A DNA stretch of 63,783 nucleotides, the filler included, from Methanobacteriota archaeon (lineage in GTDB: Archaea; JACRDV01): the NCBI GenBank assembly GCA_024860865.1. It is 5 parts of 5 records of this genome, joined end to end, with 100 filler letters (N's around TTAATTAATTAA, not from the genome) between each part and the next. Parts side by side here need not be neighbours in the genome. Positions count along the whole stretch, not along the records: positions 1 to 28,029 come from JACRDV010000008.1; 4 more parts are not named here. One strand, 5' to 3'. Both the position numbers and the translations under genes were made by a program. The notes below the pieces were generated by a model. It was not told the origin of the DNA and ran no database searches. It saw nothing but the letters and a program-made list of their open reading frames with translations. Position 1 is the stretch's first letter; each line of letters opens with the position of its first letter. Of the stretch, positions 1 through 10,412 are shown in pieces.

Positions 1-536
1 ATTTCTTTTTCAGTCATTCCTGCTTGAATTGACTCAGCTACTTCTTTGAGGCTTCTCTCTGCTATTTCAATCGTCTTTTTTATATTTTCAATTTCTTCGC
101 TATCTTTTATACTTCTTAGTTTCATAATTGGTGTAGAGATATCTTTGTACTTTTTTTCACTTATCCCTAGGTTTTTCAGAGTTCTAATATTAAGAAAATC
201 TTCTTCGATACCGATGTATTTTCTATACGATAATTTTTTTAGAAAGGATTTGAAGGGCGAACCATTCCCTCTTCTAACTTTTTCAATATTATCTTTCACA
301 TTTTCAAAAATCTTTGATTTTAATTCAATTACTTCAAAAGTTGATTTCTCTTCAGCTCCTTTAAAATCTATTGGAGTAACGAAAAGCTTTGAACCTCCCT
401 TAAAAGGGATGATTGCAAAAGATATTTGGGTAGGATAAAAACCCGAGAAGTAGTATATATTCTCCGGTTTTGTTATTACACAGCAAGTCACGTCGTTATC
501 CATCGTCTCATAAAGTTTTTCTAATCTTTTTTTCAT
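1..536 (-). CDS. Xaa-Pro aminopeptidase (M24 family), 3'-truncated by window edge
   Basis: Own translation of minus strand from ATG 536: MKKRLEKLYETMDNDVTCCVITKPENIYYFSGF...LRSIKDSEEIENIKKTIEIAERSL...GMTEKE; creatinase-N plus M24 start motifs. Not in ORF track. Confidence 0.85.
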   Translation of the reverse strand, partial: MKKRLEKLYETMDNDVTCCVITKPENIYYFSGFYPTQISFAIIPFKGGSKLFVTPIDFKGAEEKSTFEVIELKSKIFENVKDNIEKVRRGNGSPFKSFLKKLSYRKYIGIEEDFLNIRTLKNLGISEKKYKDISTPIMKLRSIKDSEEIENIKKTIEIAERSLKEVAESIQAGMTEKE

Positions 537-705
537 TTTTAGATGATTACCCCAAAAGTTTTGAGATTAACCTTTTGTCTGATATTTTGAATTTTTTATA
601 TTTTTATTATCTATTATTTTATGAAAAATAATCAATAAAAACTTTATGTTATTAATAAAGAATTTTGATTATTAAATTTAATCCAGAAAAGTGGAGTAAG
701 ATAAT

Positions 706-888
706 TTGGAAAAGCTTGTTGAAGGATTTGCTCATAAGCCAGGTGTTCACTGCATAACTTCAGCTTTAAGAGACGCATTTGAATACCATGGTTTTAAATT
801 TAGCGAAGAGATGGTTTTTGGATTAGATTGGGGTTACCAATCATGGTTTATGGAAGGCCATGTGATGGCCCCTAAATTTCTTCTATGA
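706..888 (+). pseudogene. Truncated BtrH-N/DUF4872-like gene fragment
   Basis: HCITSALRDAFEYHGFKFSEEMVFGL matches the BtrH N-terminal pattern; the ORF stops after 60 aa. Confidence 0.55.
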
Positions 889-1048
889 TTTGTGATTATT
901 CATAAACTTTTTCAGGATATGTAGTGATTGATACTGAGATAATATCTTTTATCGGAATAATTTAAAAGAACAAAACTAAATAAAACCTATGGAATTTGGT
1001 CTATAGATTTTTATCTTATATTCAAAAACTAGTTTCTAGTTTGAGATT

Positions 1049-3349
1049 ATGGACACTTTAATATTTGCTTTTAGAAATTTAAAGCGTAGAGGAATAAGAA
1101 CAGCTCTAACAATTTTTGGAATTGCAATTGGCATAGCAACAATTGTAGGACTACTTTTAACTGGAGAAAGCATGTCAGTTCATTTAACTGAGTATGCAAA
1201 AAATGTCCTCAGTGCTGATATTTTCATCAGCTCGATTTCTGGAGAAGGTTTTCCAACAAGAGTAGTGGAATCTATTTCTCAAGTTCCAAACGTTGAAGCA
1301 GTATCTCCTAGAATTTACGTATGGACCGCGCTCAATGGTGAGAAACAATGCCAGATAGTTGGAATTGATCCAATTGCTTCTCAAAAAGCTGGAAAATTAA
1401 AAATAGTCGTTGGACGAGGTTTAACCGAAAAAGATGAATACACAATAGTTTTAGGAAAAGACTTGGCCGAAAGAAAACCTGTAATAAAAGTTGGAGATTT
1501 TGTGCGCGTTTCAGCATCCACAACAACGCAAACTTTTCAAGTAATTGGAATTTCTGAAGAAATTGGAGTTCATTATGGTGGCAATGCTTACATTCCATTA
1601 AGTACTGCGCAGAAAATTTTTAACAAAGAAAAAGCCCAAATGATTCTAGTCAAGGTTAAGGACCTAAATCAAGTTAATGATACTGTTCAAAGACTTAAAA
1701 CAGCATTGAAGAACAAAGCTGAAGTCACATCTGCTAGATATGCAATTGAAAACATCCTTAAAGCATTAAGAGTTGTTTTTGTTTTTCTTTGGGTTGTTGC
1801 AATCGCTGCGGTTGTAGCTGGCGGATTTTGTGTTGCGGATACTATGAACATGACTGTTATGGAAAGAGTTAGAGAAGTTGGAATTTTAAAATCAATTGGC
1901 GGAACTCGTTCAATTATCATGAAGCTTTTCATTTCGGAAGCTCTTATATTGGGAGTTTTAGGTTCGATAGTTGGATTGTTTTTAGGAATTCTCGTTTCAA
2001 TTGAATTTAATCACTTAATTTCTAGATTTGAATTGCCTGGCACTATTTTACCGCTTGTTTTTCCGCCAAAAGCTTTTATTATTGGAATTAGCAGCGGATT
2101 GATTTTAACTCTTATTTTTAGTTTATATCCAGTTTGGAAGGCAATAAAAGTAACTCCAGTTCAGGCCTTGAAAAGCGAATTTTTGAAACCGAGTTTTGAA
2201 AAATCTTTGTTAGAAAAATTCAGCAAATTTTTTACCAATATTAGTTTTGTTTTTGCGTTTAGAAACTTAAGTCGCTATAGATTTCGTTCAATTCTTTTAA
2301 TTTTAGGAATTACATTCAGCATCGGAACTATTTTTGCAGTATTTTTAGTTGGTATGAATTTTAAAACAACTATTGCTAATCATATGAAAGAAGCCGTCGG
2401 TTCCGATATTGCGATGAGTTCAACTGATGGATTTCCACTAGAAACCGTTTCTATTTTAGAAAAAATGCCTGAGGTCGAAGCAGCCTCAAGCAATCTTTGG
2501 AATAGCGCTCCAATAAATGGAGAAAGGCATTTGGTGGTTGGAGTTGATCCAAACCAATATTTGAAAGTTTTAAAAACAGTTATTATAAATGGAAGGTTTC
2601 TATCTGAATCTGATGAGTATTCTATTGTACTTAGTTCGCATTTAGCTGATGAACATTTTAAAGTCAAGGTTGGAGATGCTGTTTTAGTCTCTACTCCAGA
2701 TGGAACTAAACAGTTTAAGATCGTAGGAACAGTTGAGAGCATGATAAATATGGGGCATGTTACATATATTCCCCTTAAAATAGCACAGAAGGAATTTGGC
2801 AAAGATAAAGTTGATGAAATTTTAATCAAAGTTAAAGATATCAAAAGGACAGATGAAATTGCACAAAAGCTAAAGAATCGTTTCAAAACAGCGGTAGTTC
2901 TGACTTCTAAAGAGATGATAGAACAAGCACTCGATATTTTAAATCGATACTATATTTTCCTGCTGTTAATAGGATTGATCTCGATTTTTGTTGTTGCCCT
3001 CGGAATTTTAAATGCAACAACCATGTCAATCTTTGAACGCACGCGTGAGATCGGTATAATGAAGGCTATCGGAGGTTCTCAAACAGAAATTTTAAAACTC
3101 TTTTTAGCCGAAAACTTTTTGATCGGGATCATTGGTGGTAGTTTAGCCTTTGGATTTGGCACTTTATTTGCAGCTGGATTTAAGATTTTAACTCTCAAAA
3201 TGATAGGGTTTACCTTTGATTTATTCATTCCAAAATTTTGGATATTTTATCCAGTTTTAATGGCAGTTTCATTGACAATAACAGCTGGTTTTTATGCAAC
3301 GTATCGAGCAATTAAATTGAAAACTATTGATGCTTTGAAATACGGATAA
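1049..3349 (+). CDS. ABC transporter permease, MacB/FtsX family, tandem two-module
   Basis: Two repeats of RNL..R..RT.LT..GI and ER.REIG..KAIG motifs with periplasmic core domains. Confidence 0.9.
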   Translation: MDTLIFAFRNLKRRGIRTALTIFGIAIGIATIVGLLLTGESMSVHLTEYAKNVLSADIFISSISGEGFPTRVVESISQVPNVEAVSPRIYVWTALNGEKQCQIVGIDPIASQKAGKLKIVVGRGLTEKDEYTIVLGKDLAERKPVIKVGDFVRVSASTTTQTFQVIGISEEIGVHYGGNAYIPLSTAQKIFNKEKAQMILVKVKDLNQVNDTVQRLKTALKNKAEVTSARYAIENILKALRVVFVFLWVVAIAAVVAGGFCVADTMNMTVMERVREVGILKSIGGTRSIIMKLFISEALILGVLGSIVGLFLGILVSIEFNHLISRFELPGTILPLVFPPKAFIIGISSGLILTLIFSLYPVWKAIKVTPVQALKSEFLKPSFEKSLLEKFSKFFTNISFVFAFRNLSRYRFRSILLILGITFSIGTIFAVFLVGMNFKTTIANHMKEAVGSDIAMSSTDGFPLETVSILEKMPEVEAASSNLWNSAPINGERHLVVGVDPNQYLKVLKTVIINGRFLSESDEYSIVLSSHLADEHFKVKVGDAVLVSTPDGTKQFKIVGTVESMINMGHVTYIPLKIAQKEFGKDKVDEILIKVKDIKRTDEIAQKLKNRFKTAVVLTSKEMIEQALDILNRYYIFLLLIGLISIFVVALGILNATTMSIFERTREIGIMKAIGGSQTEILKLFLAENFLIGIIGGSLAFGFGTLFAAGFKILTLKMIGFTFDLFIPKFWIFYPVLMAVSLTITAGFYATYRAIKLKTIDALKYG

Positions 3350-3415
3350 AATTTATTAAAATCATAAATGTTAAAGAATTACTCTAAAATTAAGTGAACA
3401 AAAAATAGTTAAACA

Positions 3416-4120
3416 TTAACTTTTAAATCTTTGAGTTAAATAAACTTCTCGGTCAACCAATCCATCTTTTAAATATACAATTCTGTCCGAATTTTTCGCA
3501 ATATACTCAGCATGTGTTACGATGATAACAGTTTGGCCGTACTTTTGGTTCAACTCTTTAATTAATTTGATAATTTCAGTTCCAGTTTTTGTATCTAAGT
3601 CTCCAGTAGGTTCATCTGCTAAAATAATAGCTGGTTTATTTGCAAGAGCTCGAGCAATTGTAACTCTTTGTTGCTCTCCGCCACTTAATTCATCCGGCTT
3701 GTGATTTAGTCTGCCTTTTAAACCAACTAGCTCTAATAACTCAGCTGCTCTTTTCTCACGCTCTTTTTTTGGGATATTTGCAAAGGTCATTGGAAGTTCA
3801 ACATTTTCGAGAGCTGTTAAAGTTGGGATGAGATTATAAAATTGAAAAACAAAACCAATTTTTTCGCATCTAAGCAAAGCAAGCTTATTTTCACTGAGCT
3901 TTGTCACGTCAGTACCATCAATAATGACTTGTCCATCAGTTGGTCTATCTAATGCACCAATCATGTTTAACAATGTGGTTTTCCCGCAGCCTGAGGGACC
4001 CATAACTGATAAAAATTCTCCTTGTTGAACTCGTAGGTTAATTCCACGCAAAGCTGGAACCTCGACTTTACCTAGCTTATAAACTTTTGTCAGATTTTTA
4101 GTTTCAACTATCTCAGCCAT
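3416..4120 (-). CDS. ABC transporter ATP-binding protein (LolD/MacB-type)
   Basis: GPSGCGKTT, LSGGEQQRV, LADEPTG, VTH motifs. Confidence 0.95.
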   Translation of the reverse strand: MAEIVETKNLTKVYKLGKVEVPALRGINLRVQQGEFLSVMGPSGCGKTTLLNMIGALDRPTDGQVIIDGTDVTKLSENKLALLRCEKIGFVFQFYNLIPTLTALENVELPMTFANIPKKEREKRAAELLELVGLKGRLNHKPDELSGGEQQRVTIARALANKPAIILADEPTGDLDTKTGTEIIKLIKELNQKYGQTVIIVTHAEYIAKNSDRIVYLKDGLVDREVYLTQRFKS

Positions 4121-6551
4121 ATCTCAAAGCCTCAACGGGTTTTAATCTAGATGCCTTCCAAGCCGGATAAAAACCAAAAACTACTGCAAGCACTATTGCA
4201 AAGATAAACCCGCCAATAATCAGTTGTATAGTAATAATTGGTCCAGTATAAATTTCACCCATCTCACTGCTAAATCCGCGTCCAAGTTCCCAAGCGCCAA
4301 CGTACCCAAGTACTATGCCTGTAATCCCTCCCAATATACCTATTAAAAGATTTTCTTGTATGAAAATTTTCATCACAAGCCACTCTGTGGCTCCAATGGC
4401 TTTTAGGATTCCTATTTCACGAGTGCGCTCCCAAACTGACATGCTCACAGAGTTTTGTATGCCAAGAGCTGCAACTAAAATCGCTAATGCTGCTATCGAA
4501 ATGAAAAAGTACCAAAACGTTTGTATTCCCTTTTTAACCTGGTCTAAAATTTGACCGAGATTTACTATGTCTGCTTTTTTACCCAAAGCTAATTTTAGTT
4601 TTTGAGAGGTCTCCTCTATTTTGTTAACATCTTTTACTTTAACATAAATTCCAGTGGCTTTCTCTTCTTTGCCTAAAATTTTTTGTGCGGTTTTTAGTGG
4701 AATCCAAACACTGCCTTTAATCTCGCCACCAGGAGGTCCAAACATAGCTTCTGTTGAAATTCCAATCACAGAAAATTCTTCAGTACCGGTAAATGTATCA
4801 ATTCGAATTCTATCACCAACATCTACTGTGAGAAGTTTTTCAGCCAATGTTTTACTCAATATTATGCTTCGATCATCAGTTGAAGTTAGAAATCTGCCCT
4901 TAATAATATTAACTTTCGCACCAACAGCTTGATAAGACTCCGGTTCAATCCCAAGCAAAACAACTTTAAAACCACTGATTGAAACTATCTGCCAGATATT
5001 TGGGGAGGTCTTTTCAATATTAGGCATTCTCTCGACGCCCTCAACAATAGATATAGGAAGTTCTCCAGACCCTCCTTGTGGTCCAGCCTGAGCTTTCGGA
5101 GACACTATTACGTCAGCTCCAATCATGCTTTTAATTTCATAAATTACATGCGATTGTACGAGCAATCCTAGTGACCAGATAGCAATCACTGATGCAATTC
5201 CAGCGCTTATACCTAACACAGTTAGAGTAGTTCGAAATTTTCTACGTGAAAGATTTCGAGCAGCAGTAGGAAAAAGCTTTAGAAGAATCTTTAGTGGATA
5301 GGCCAAAACTTCGAGGAAGCGCAAAAATAATCTATAAATTCTATTTCTATGTGGAGTTTCATAACTAGGTCTCAGCACTTCCAATGGCCGTACTTTTGAA
5401 GCTTTCCAAGAGGGATATAATCCGAAGAAGATTGAGAGAGCTAAACCAAGTCCAATTGCAACAGCCAGAGCTCTGTAGGAAAGCGCTATTGAAACTTGCA
5501 TAAAACCAAATGTTCGAGGCATAAGCTCCTCTATGGCTAATGTAAAACCAAAGCCAAGTAAAACTCCAAAAAAGCTCCCGAGAATTCCGATGATATTAGC
5601 CTCTATCAAAAATATTTTAATGATGGTTAATCCTCTTCCACCAATGGCTTTAAGAATAGCAATTTCTCGCAAGCGCTGTGTAACTGACATCATCAGCGTA
5701 TTTGATATTAAAAAGCCACCAACAATTATTGAAACAGCTGCGATTGAAACCATAAAAGTATTTAGCTGGCGAGTAATCTCTGCAATCGAAGTAAGTTGTT
5801 CCTTTGATGCCTCAATATTGACTTTATTGCCTAGCGAACGCTGAAGGCGATTCGTTGCTTCATCAACTTTCTCATGGTTCTTTATCTTCACTAAAACTCG
5901 AGTAATTTTGTCTTTTTTGTCAAACAGTTTTTGTGAAGTTTCAAGTGGTATATAACCCACATACCCAAAGTTAGTCACATCTTCGCAAAGCCCAATTACC
6001 AGAAATTCTTTGTCACCAGCAGACGTCGTGATTTTAATGCGATTCCCAACATCAGTGTTCAAATGATCTTTGCTTGCAACATTCTCTGATAAAACTATAC
6101 TAAAGGTATCAGTTGACTCTAAATCTCTTCCTTTGATTATTTTTAAAATACGCAATTTTCGAATTTCTTTAGGTTCAAGCCCTATTAACATAAAAGAAGT
6201 ATCTTTAATCCGAACAAATGTAGAGAACTCCGAGCTAACACCTTCAACATCTGGCAATTTTTCAATAGTAGTGGCTAAAGTTTGGGGTAAATCGCCACCA
6301 GTTGTACTTGAGATGAAAAGGTCAGCAATTATAACTTCTTTAACTTGTTTAGTAACCTCAGCCTGCATGCTTTCGCCAAACGATATCAAACTAAAAATGG
6401 CAGCAATACCGATAGCAATTCCAAGTACAGTTAAAGCCGTCCAAAATTTTCTTCGTAATAAATTACGAGCTGCTAAAGAAAAATATACCAAAATTTTTAC
6501 CTCTAAATAAAAAAAATACAAATTTAAACGCGAACTACTTTGATATCCCAA
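4113..6551 (-). CDS. ABC transporter permease, MacB/FtsX family, tandem two-module (true start probably a little downstream)
   Basis: Two RNL.RRK modules; REIAILKAIG and RTREIGILKAIG motifs. Confidence 0.9.
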   Translation of the reverse strand: MGYQSSSRLNLYFFYLEVKILVYFSLAARNLLRRKFWTALTVLGIAIGIAAIFSLISFGESMQAEVTKQVKEVIIADLFISSTTGGDLPQTLATTIEKLPDVEGVSSEFSTFVRIKDTSFMLIGLEPKEIRKLRILKIIKGRDLESTDTFSIVLSENVASKDHLNTDVGNRIKITTSAGDKEFLVIGLCEDVTNFGYVGYIPLETSQKLFDKKDKITRVLVKIKNHEKVDEATNRLQRSLGNKVNIEASKEQLTSIAEITRQLNTFMVSIAAVSIIVGGFLISNTLMMSVTQRLREIAILKAIGGRGLTIIKIFLIEANIIGILGSFFGVLLGFGFTLAIEELMPRTFGFMQVSIALSYRALAVAIGLGLALSIFFGLYPSWKASKVRPLEVLRPSYETPHRNRIYRLFLRFLEVLAYPLKILLKLFPTAARNLSRRKFRTTLTVLGISAGIASVIAIWSLGLLVQSHVIYEIKSMIGADVIVSPKAQAGPQGGSGELPISIVEGVERMPNIEKTSPNIWQIVSISGFKVVLLGIEPESYQAVGAKVNIIKGRFLTSTDDRSIILSKTLAEKLLTVDVGDRIRIDTFTGTEEFSVIGISTEAMFGPPGGEIKGSVWIPLKTAQKILGKEEKATGIYVKVKDVNKIEETSQKLKLALGKKADIVNLGQILDQVKKGIQTFWYFFISIAALAILVAALGIQNSVSMSVWERTREIGILKAIGATEWLVMKIFIQENLLIGILGGITGIVLGYVGAWELGRGFSSEMGEIYTGPIITIQLIIGGFIFAIVLAVVFGFYPAWKASRLKPVEALRYG

Positions 6552-8377
6552 GCTCGCAAGTAATCTTCAGTTTCTTTCGGGATAATTTTTCCAAACACTA
6601 CAATGCGTTTAACATCTTTATCAAAAATATATCCTTCAACATCTTCTGGCAATTCAGGCCCTTTACAAACAAAGATAGGAGCGAGATTAATTTGAGCCAA
6701 TGGCACTAGCCCTTGCGAGAATTTGGGCAAACTTTCTTGAACTAGAAAAACAGTTGAGGTTTTTATGATTAAGTTAGCAAATTCTTCTCCAACCTTAACT
6801 GAAGTTTCAACGATATCTTTGCCATTTATTATCTGAACTTGAACGCCAAGCATTTGAAGCTGTTGTGCAATAGATGTTATAGAAGCATTTCCTCGATAGA
6901 TTAAAATTGCTTTTTTAGAGCGCAATTCAGCTAAAGCAGCCTTTGTTTGAGTTGGCAAAGCATCGCTTGAGACGAACAAAATTGGGGACTGTAATCTAGC
7001 AGCTAGTGAGCCCGCACTTAACTGAGTTGGGACATCATTTCCATAAACTAGAACAGCTGTGGTGGATGAACCCCATTTTTTTAATGCAAAATTTGCAGCA
7101 GTTTCTGTTCGATCAACGCCAAAAATTCTTTCAACTTCAAAGCCAAGTTGTTTAAGTTGATTTTCAACTTCACTAGAAACTGCTTGATTTCCACCTACAA
7201 TTGTTATTTTAGCCAAACCAGAACTTTTAGCCTTTAAAAATAATTCAGTATCACTTACCGAAAGTCCATCGCTCCTAACTAAAAAAACAGGAGAGCCTTG
7301 AACAGCAGCATAAGTTCCTGCCACAATTGAATCGCATAAAATATCTTCTCTAGCAACATAGGCTAAACTAGATTTTTGAGGCTCGAGAGAAGGGTCTATT
7401 GGAATCTTCAGCTGGAAAACCGTGAATTTATGAGTGACATAGAATTTCCCATCAATTTCTGGTTGAGAAGATGTAAACTTGAGAGTTGGGAAATCCCCCA
7501 AAGATGGAGTTGAATATTCATAGGTTTTACCATCATATGCAAAGCTTACTGTCAATGGATCGATTTCAATATCGCCGGCCCTAATAACTGTGGATTCTAC
7601 ATAAATAGACCTTGAAGCATAAGGCCCAATTTCAAATGGAATTGTAAGAACCCAGTTATCCCCTTGGATTATCGGTTCAATTTCTTTGGTTTTGATGTAG
7701 TCTCCAGTCACTTCAAAATCCCGGAAATATTTTGCAGGCAAACTTAAAACTGCTTGCGCTTGAAAAACTTTGTAGTAAATTCCTTTGGTTATAGTTCCAT
7801 TTATTATCGGGAAATATCCAGCTGTCCAAGTTTTTAAATTTCCTTGTATATTTATCAGAAATTTTATTCTATCTCCAACTTGAATTTGCGAATCTTTCAC
7901 AACATAGAAATTTCCAGAGCGCTCAAGTTTTGCTGCTTTACCACTTGCTACAATTCCTTCGCGGATAAAAAGCAACGGCTCTCTATTAGTATTTACATCA
8001 AATTTTAATTCTTCTTTCCATTTTCCTTTCCTTTGTCCATCGAGGTAGATATCCCAGCTATACTCTGATCTAGCAGGAGTTTCAGAAATTTTAGATGGCT
8101 CTGGATAATCAGTTTTAACATCAAAAGACCCTTTTACAACTTCATAAATTGGTTTAGTAAGAGTAAATGTAGCTCCTGAGGAAGCAAAGTTTGTGGCTGA
8201 AATAGTAACGCTTGCTTTTTGCTCGCTTAATTCGCTAAAAGGAGTTAGTTTTGTTTCAATCGTTTCGAATTCTTTAACTTCTAGAGTAGGTTGTGCATAC
8301 AAAGCATGGGCGGGATAAGATGAAATGATTACGAGTCCAGCAATTAAAATACCGAGATACTTTATAACAATCACCAT
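6524..8377 (-). CDS. Secreted surface protein with C-terminal cell-wall-binding repeat 2 (CWB2)-like repeats
   Basis: N-terminal signal peptide; IVGGNQAVS..VENQL, RIFGVDRTETA, SPILFV, INGKDIVETS repeats. Confidence 0.75.
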   Translation of the reverse strand: MVIVIKYLGILIAGLVIISSYPAHALYAQPTLEVKEFETIETKLTPFSELSEQKASVTISATNFASSGATFTLTKPIYEVVKGSFDVKTDYPEPSKISETPARSEYSWDIYLDGQRKGKWKEELKFDVNTNREPLLFIREGIVASGKAAKLERSGNFYVVKDSQIQVGDRIKFLINIQGNLKTWTAGYFPIINGTITKGIYYKVFQAQAVLSLPAKYFRDFEVTGDYIKTKEIEPIIQGDNWVLTIPFEIGPYASRSIYVESTVIRAGDIEIDPLTVSFAYDGKTYEYSTPSLGDFPTLKFTSSQPEIDGKFYVTHKFTVFQLKIPIDPSLEPQKSSLAYVAREDILCDSIVAGTYAAVQGSPVFLVRSDGLSVSDTELFLKAKSSGLAKITIVGGNQAVSSEVENQLKQLGFEVERIFGVDRTETAANFALKKWGSSTTAVLVYGNDVPTQLSAGSLAARLQSPILFVSSDALPTQTKAALAELRSKKAILIYRGNASITSIAQQLQMLGVQVQIINGKDIVETSVKVGEEFANLIIKTSTVFLVQESLPKFSQGLVPLAQINLAPIFVCKGPELPEDVEGYIFDKDVKRIVVFGKIIPKETEDYLRAWDIKVVRV

Positions 8378-8856
8378 ATTAACCTGACATTTGATTTATA
8401 AAATGTTTTCTCCAAATTTCCTTTACCTATAAATCAGGCAGTTTTAAGATTCGGATAATTTTTATTCTTTTAGCATAATTCTTTTTGGATAAAAGTTATT
8501 CTAAGGGAGGTAATCGCAAAAATGAGACTAAATTTGCCATCAAGGCATTAAAATTGTACTTTGAATTCTTAATGGAAAAAAATTAATAATTTCGATCCCG
8601 AAAGTTGTAAAAGAAACTTTTGAGAAAGAGGATATCTTTTTGAAAAGGCTAAAGGAATATAGAGAAACTTCAATAAAAAACGAAAAAGAATGGCAGAAGT
8701 GGTGGGACAATTGGTGTAAAGAAGTGTTCAAAATTTAATGCCTTTTAGATTAAAAATTTTCAGAAAAGAAAACTAAAGGTGGTAAATGGGAACTTGCATA
8801 TATGAAGACTAAAAAGAAATTGTGTTAATCCACATTAAACTTGTTGGGTTGAAAAT

Positions 8857-9162
8857 ATGGAAAGATGCATCTTGTGCAAAGGAGAATTAGAAAAGCATAA
8901 AGAAGTTAATGAAGGAGTAGGAATAAAGGGATGGAAATGTAAAAAATGTGGAGAAACGTTCTTCCCTTCAAGCGAAATGTTAAAGTGGGAGGTACTTACT
9001 GGTAAAAGAGGTTTAGTAAGAAAAGTGAGAAAAATAGGAAATTCTATAATAGTAACTTTACCTAAGAAACTTGTAAAAGAAGAAGATATCCATAAAGATG
9101 ATTATATTTTATTTGAAAGAACAAAAAAAGGGATGGCACTAAAAATTATACATGGAGAGTAA
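8857..9162 (+). CDS. MqsA/YgiT-type Zn-ribbon fused to AbrB/MazE DNA-binding domain (antitoxin-like)
   Basis: CILCKG...CKKCGE, then RKVRKIGNSIIVTLPK. Confidence 0.75.
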   Translation: MERCILCKGELEKHKEVNEGVGIKGWKCKKCGETFFPSSEMLKWEVLTGKRGLVRKVRKIGNSIIVTLPKKLVKEEDIHKDDYILFERTKKGMALKIIHGE

Positions 9163-9265
9163 ATTATTCGACATTCAAAAATTTAATCTTTTATTTTCTT
9201 CATAATCATTTTTTATGAGACAAGAAAATTATAAAATTTTTAAAAATATCTTTAGATTTGGAGTT

Positions 9266-9937
9266 CTATGTTCGAGCAAGTGTTTTAACTAATCGTGGAA
9301 GTCCAAAGAGTAAGAGCAATAGAATTGATATGAAAAGTATTACAAGCAGAATATCGACCCAATAAGTAATAAGTGCAACTTCGTAAACCTCTTGTGGAGC
9401 TCTAGTCGCTTCACCCTCACCTAATCCTTTTTGAAAGGGTAGCGCAATCGAAGATGGAATTACAAATTTAGAACTGATTTTAGCATATAGGTTCCATATT
9501 TCTAAGCCTAAGGCACTGGCAATTATTGCTGAGACTATGCCGCGAATTGTATTAATTCGTCTCCCAAGATGACCTGTAATTATCGCTGCCAAATCGCGTT
9601 CTAGTTTAGCTCTTTCTTCCGCAGTTAAGTTGAGGTTATCTGGCAGCCAGACCAGACCGAGCTTAGTAGCGCTGTAATATTTCTCTCTTCTATCTCCGAA
9701 CTCTCTTTTCACTTCCTCAACTAAGTTTAATTTCATTAAGCGCTCGATATGCCAAAAAATAGTTGAAGGGGCTAAATTCATTTCATTTGAAAGCTGAGTC
9801 AGCGATTTTTCTTGCTTAAGTGCAGTTAGAATTTGTTGGCCAGCTCCGCTCATTATCTCTTTAATTGCATTTTTCTTTTCATTATCGAATCCGTTGATTA
9901 ATGAGATTGCTGGTTCATTCTTTCGAGAATTAGCCAT
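9266..9937 (-). CDS. ArsR-type winged-helix regulator with C-terminal transmembrane helices
   Basis: QILTALKQEKSLTQLSNEMNLAPSTIFWHIERLMKLNLV...REKYY; two hydrophobic C-terminal segments. Confidence 0.75.
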   Translation of the reverse strand: MANSRKNEPAISLINGFDNEKKNAIKEIMSGAGQQILTALKQEKSLTQLSNEMNLAPSTIFWHIERLMKLNLVEEVKREFGDRREKYYSATKLGLVWLPDNLNLTAEERAKLERDLAAIITGHLGRRINTIRGIVSAIIASALGLEIWNLYAKISSKFVIPSSIALPFQKGLGEGEATRAPQEVYEVALITYWVDILLVILFISILLLLLFGLPRLVKTLART

Positions 9938-9992
9938 TATTTTTCCTCTGTGCTAATTTTGTTTCGAGAGAATATAATTATTTTTATGATTG

Positions 9993-10011
9993 TTTCGATA
10001 AATCATCGAAA
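9993..10011. promoter_or_regulatory. Palindromic operator candidate TTTCGAT-N5-ATCGAAA
   Basis: Perfect inverted repeat 56 nt upstream of the wHTH gene; half-sites at ~9962 and 10388-10394 before the SIMPL gene. Confidence 0.45.
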
Positions 10012-10179
10012 TACTAAGTAAAGAGAATATATCTAGTCAGCAACGATATTATTGGGTGAGGAAATGGGAGCAATTGGCTCTACTATTGCATTCATTCATG
10101 GGAAGAAAGAAATTTTTCAAGAAATCAAAAATAATCCGCAAAGACACATTATTTTCTTTTTGCTCGGTATAATTATATT

Positions 10180-10350
10180 TAGTGCTGAAGAGGTTCTGGA
10201 TATGCCCGAGGAAATCGAAGAAGTAACTATCTGCAGGGATGGAAAGGAGTTTTCAAAAATAACCAAGTTGACGAGAGAACAATCGGAAACGATCAAAGCC
10301 CTTAAAGTTATGGGGGTGTTTCAATCTTTGTAGTGCCTATACCAGACGCT
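10180..10350 (+). mobile_element. Possible IS4-superfamily (IS1634-like) transposase 3' remnant
   Basis: EEVLDMPEEIEEVTI...ITKLTREQSETIKALKV resembles DDE transposase C-termini; the ORF is chimeric. Confidence 0.35.
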
Positions 10351-10412
10351 ATTTGTTCTAAATAATAAAATATCGCTAGAAAAGACTATCGAAATAAAAA
10401 AGTGGTGATTCA

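Noticed and set aside
46-438. Plus-strand 130-aa ORF and the many other short antisense ORFs in the track (e.g. 2380-2886, 16284-16541, 31982-32497, 50364-50672, 60393-60746)
   Set aside because: Shadow frames of real genes, RNAs or repeats with no recognisable motifs
829-873. Hairpin at the truncation point of the BtrH-like fragment as another BHB intron
   Set aside because: No 4-bp helix between two 3-nt bulges, and no downstream continuation of the gene
8522-8738. Broken ORF with CATTAA/TTAATG hairpin as a BHB intron
   Set aside because: Inner helix does not pair in BHB register and the simulated splice yields an immediate stop; likely a decayed gene
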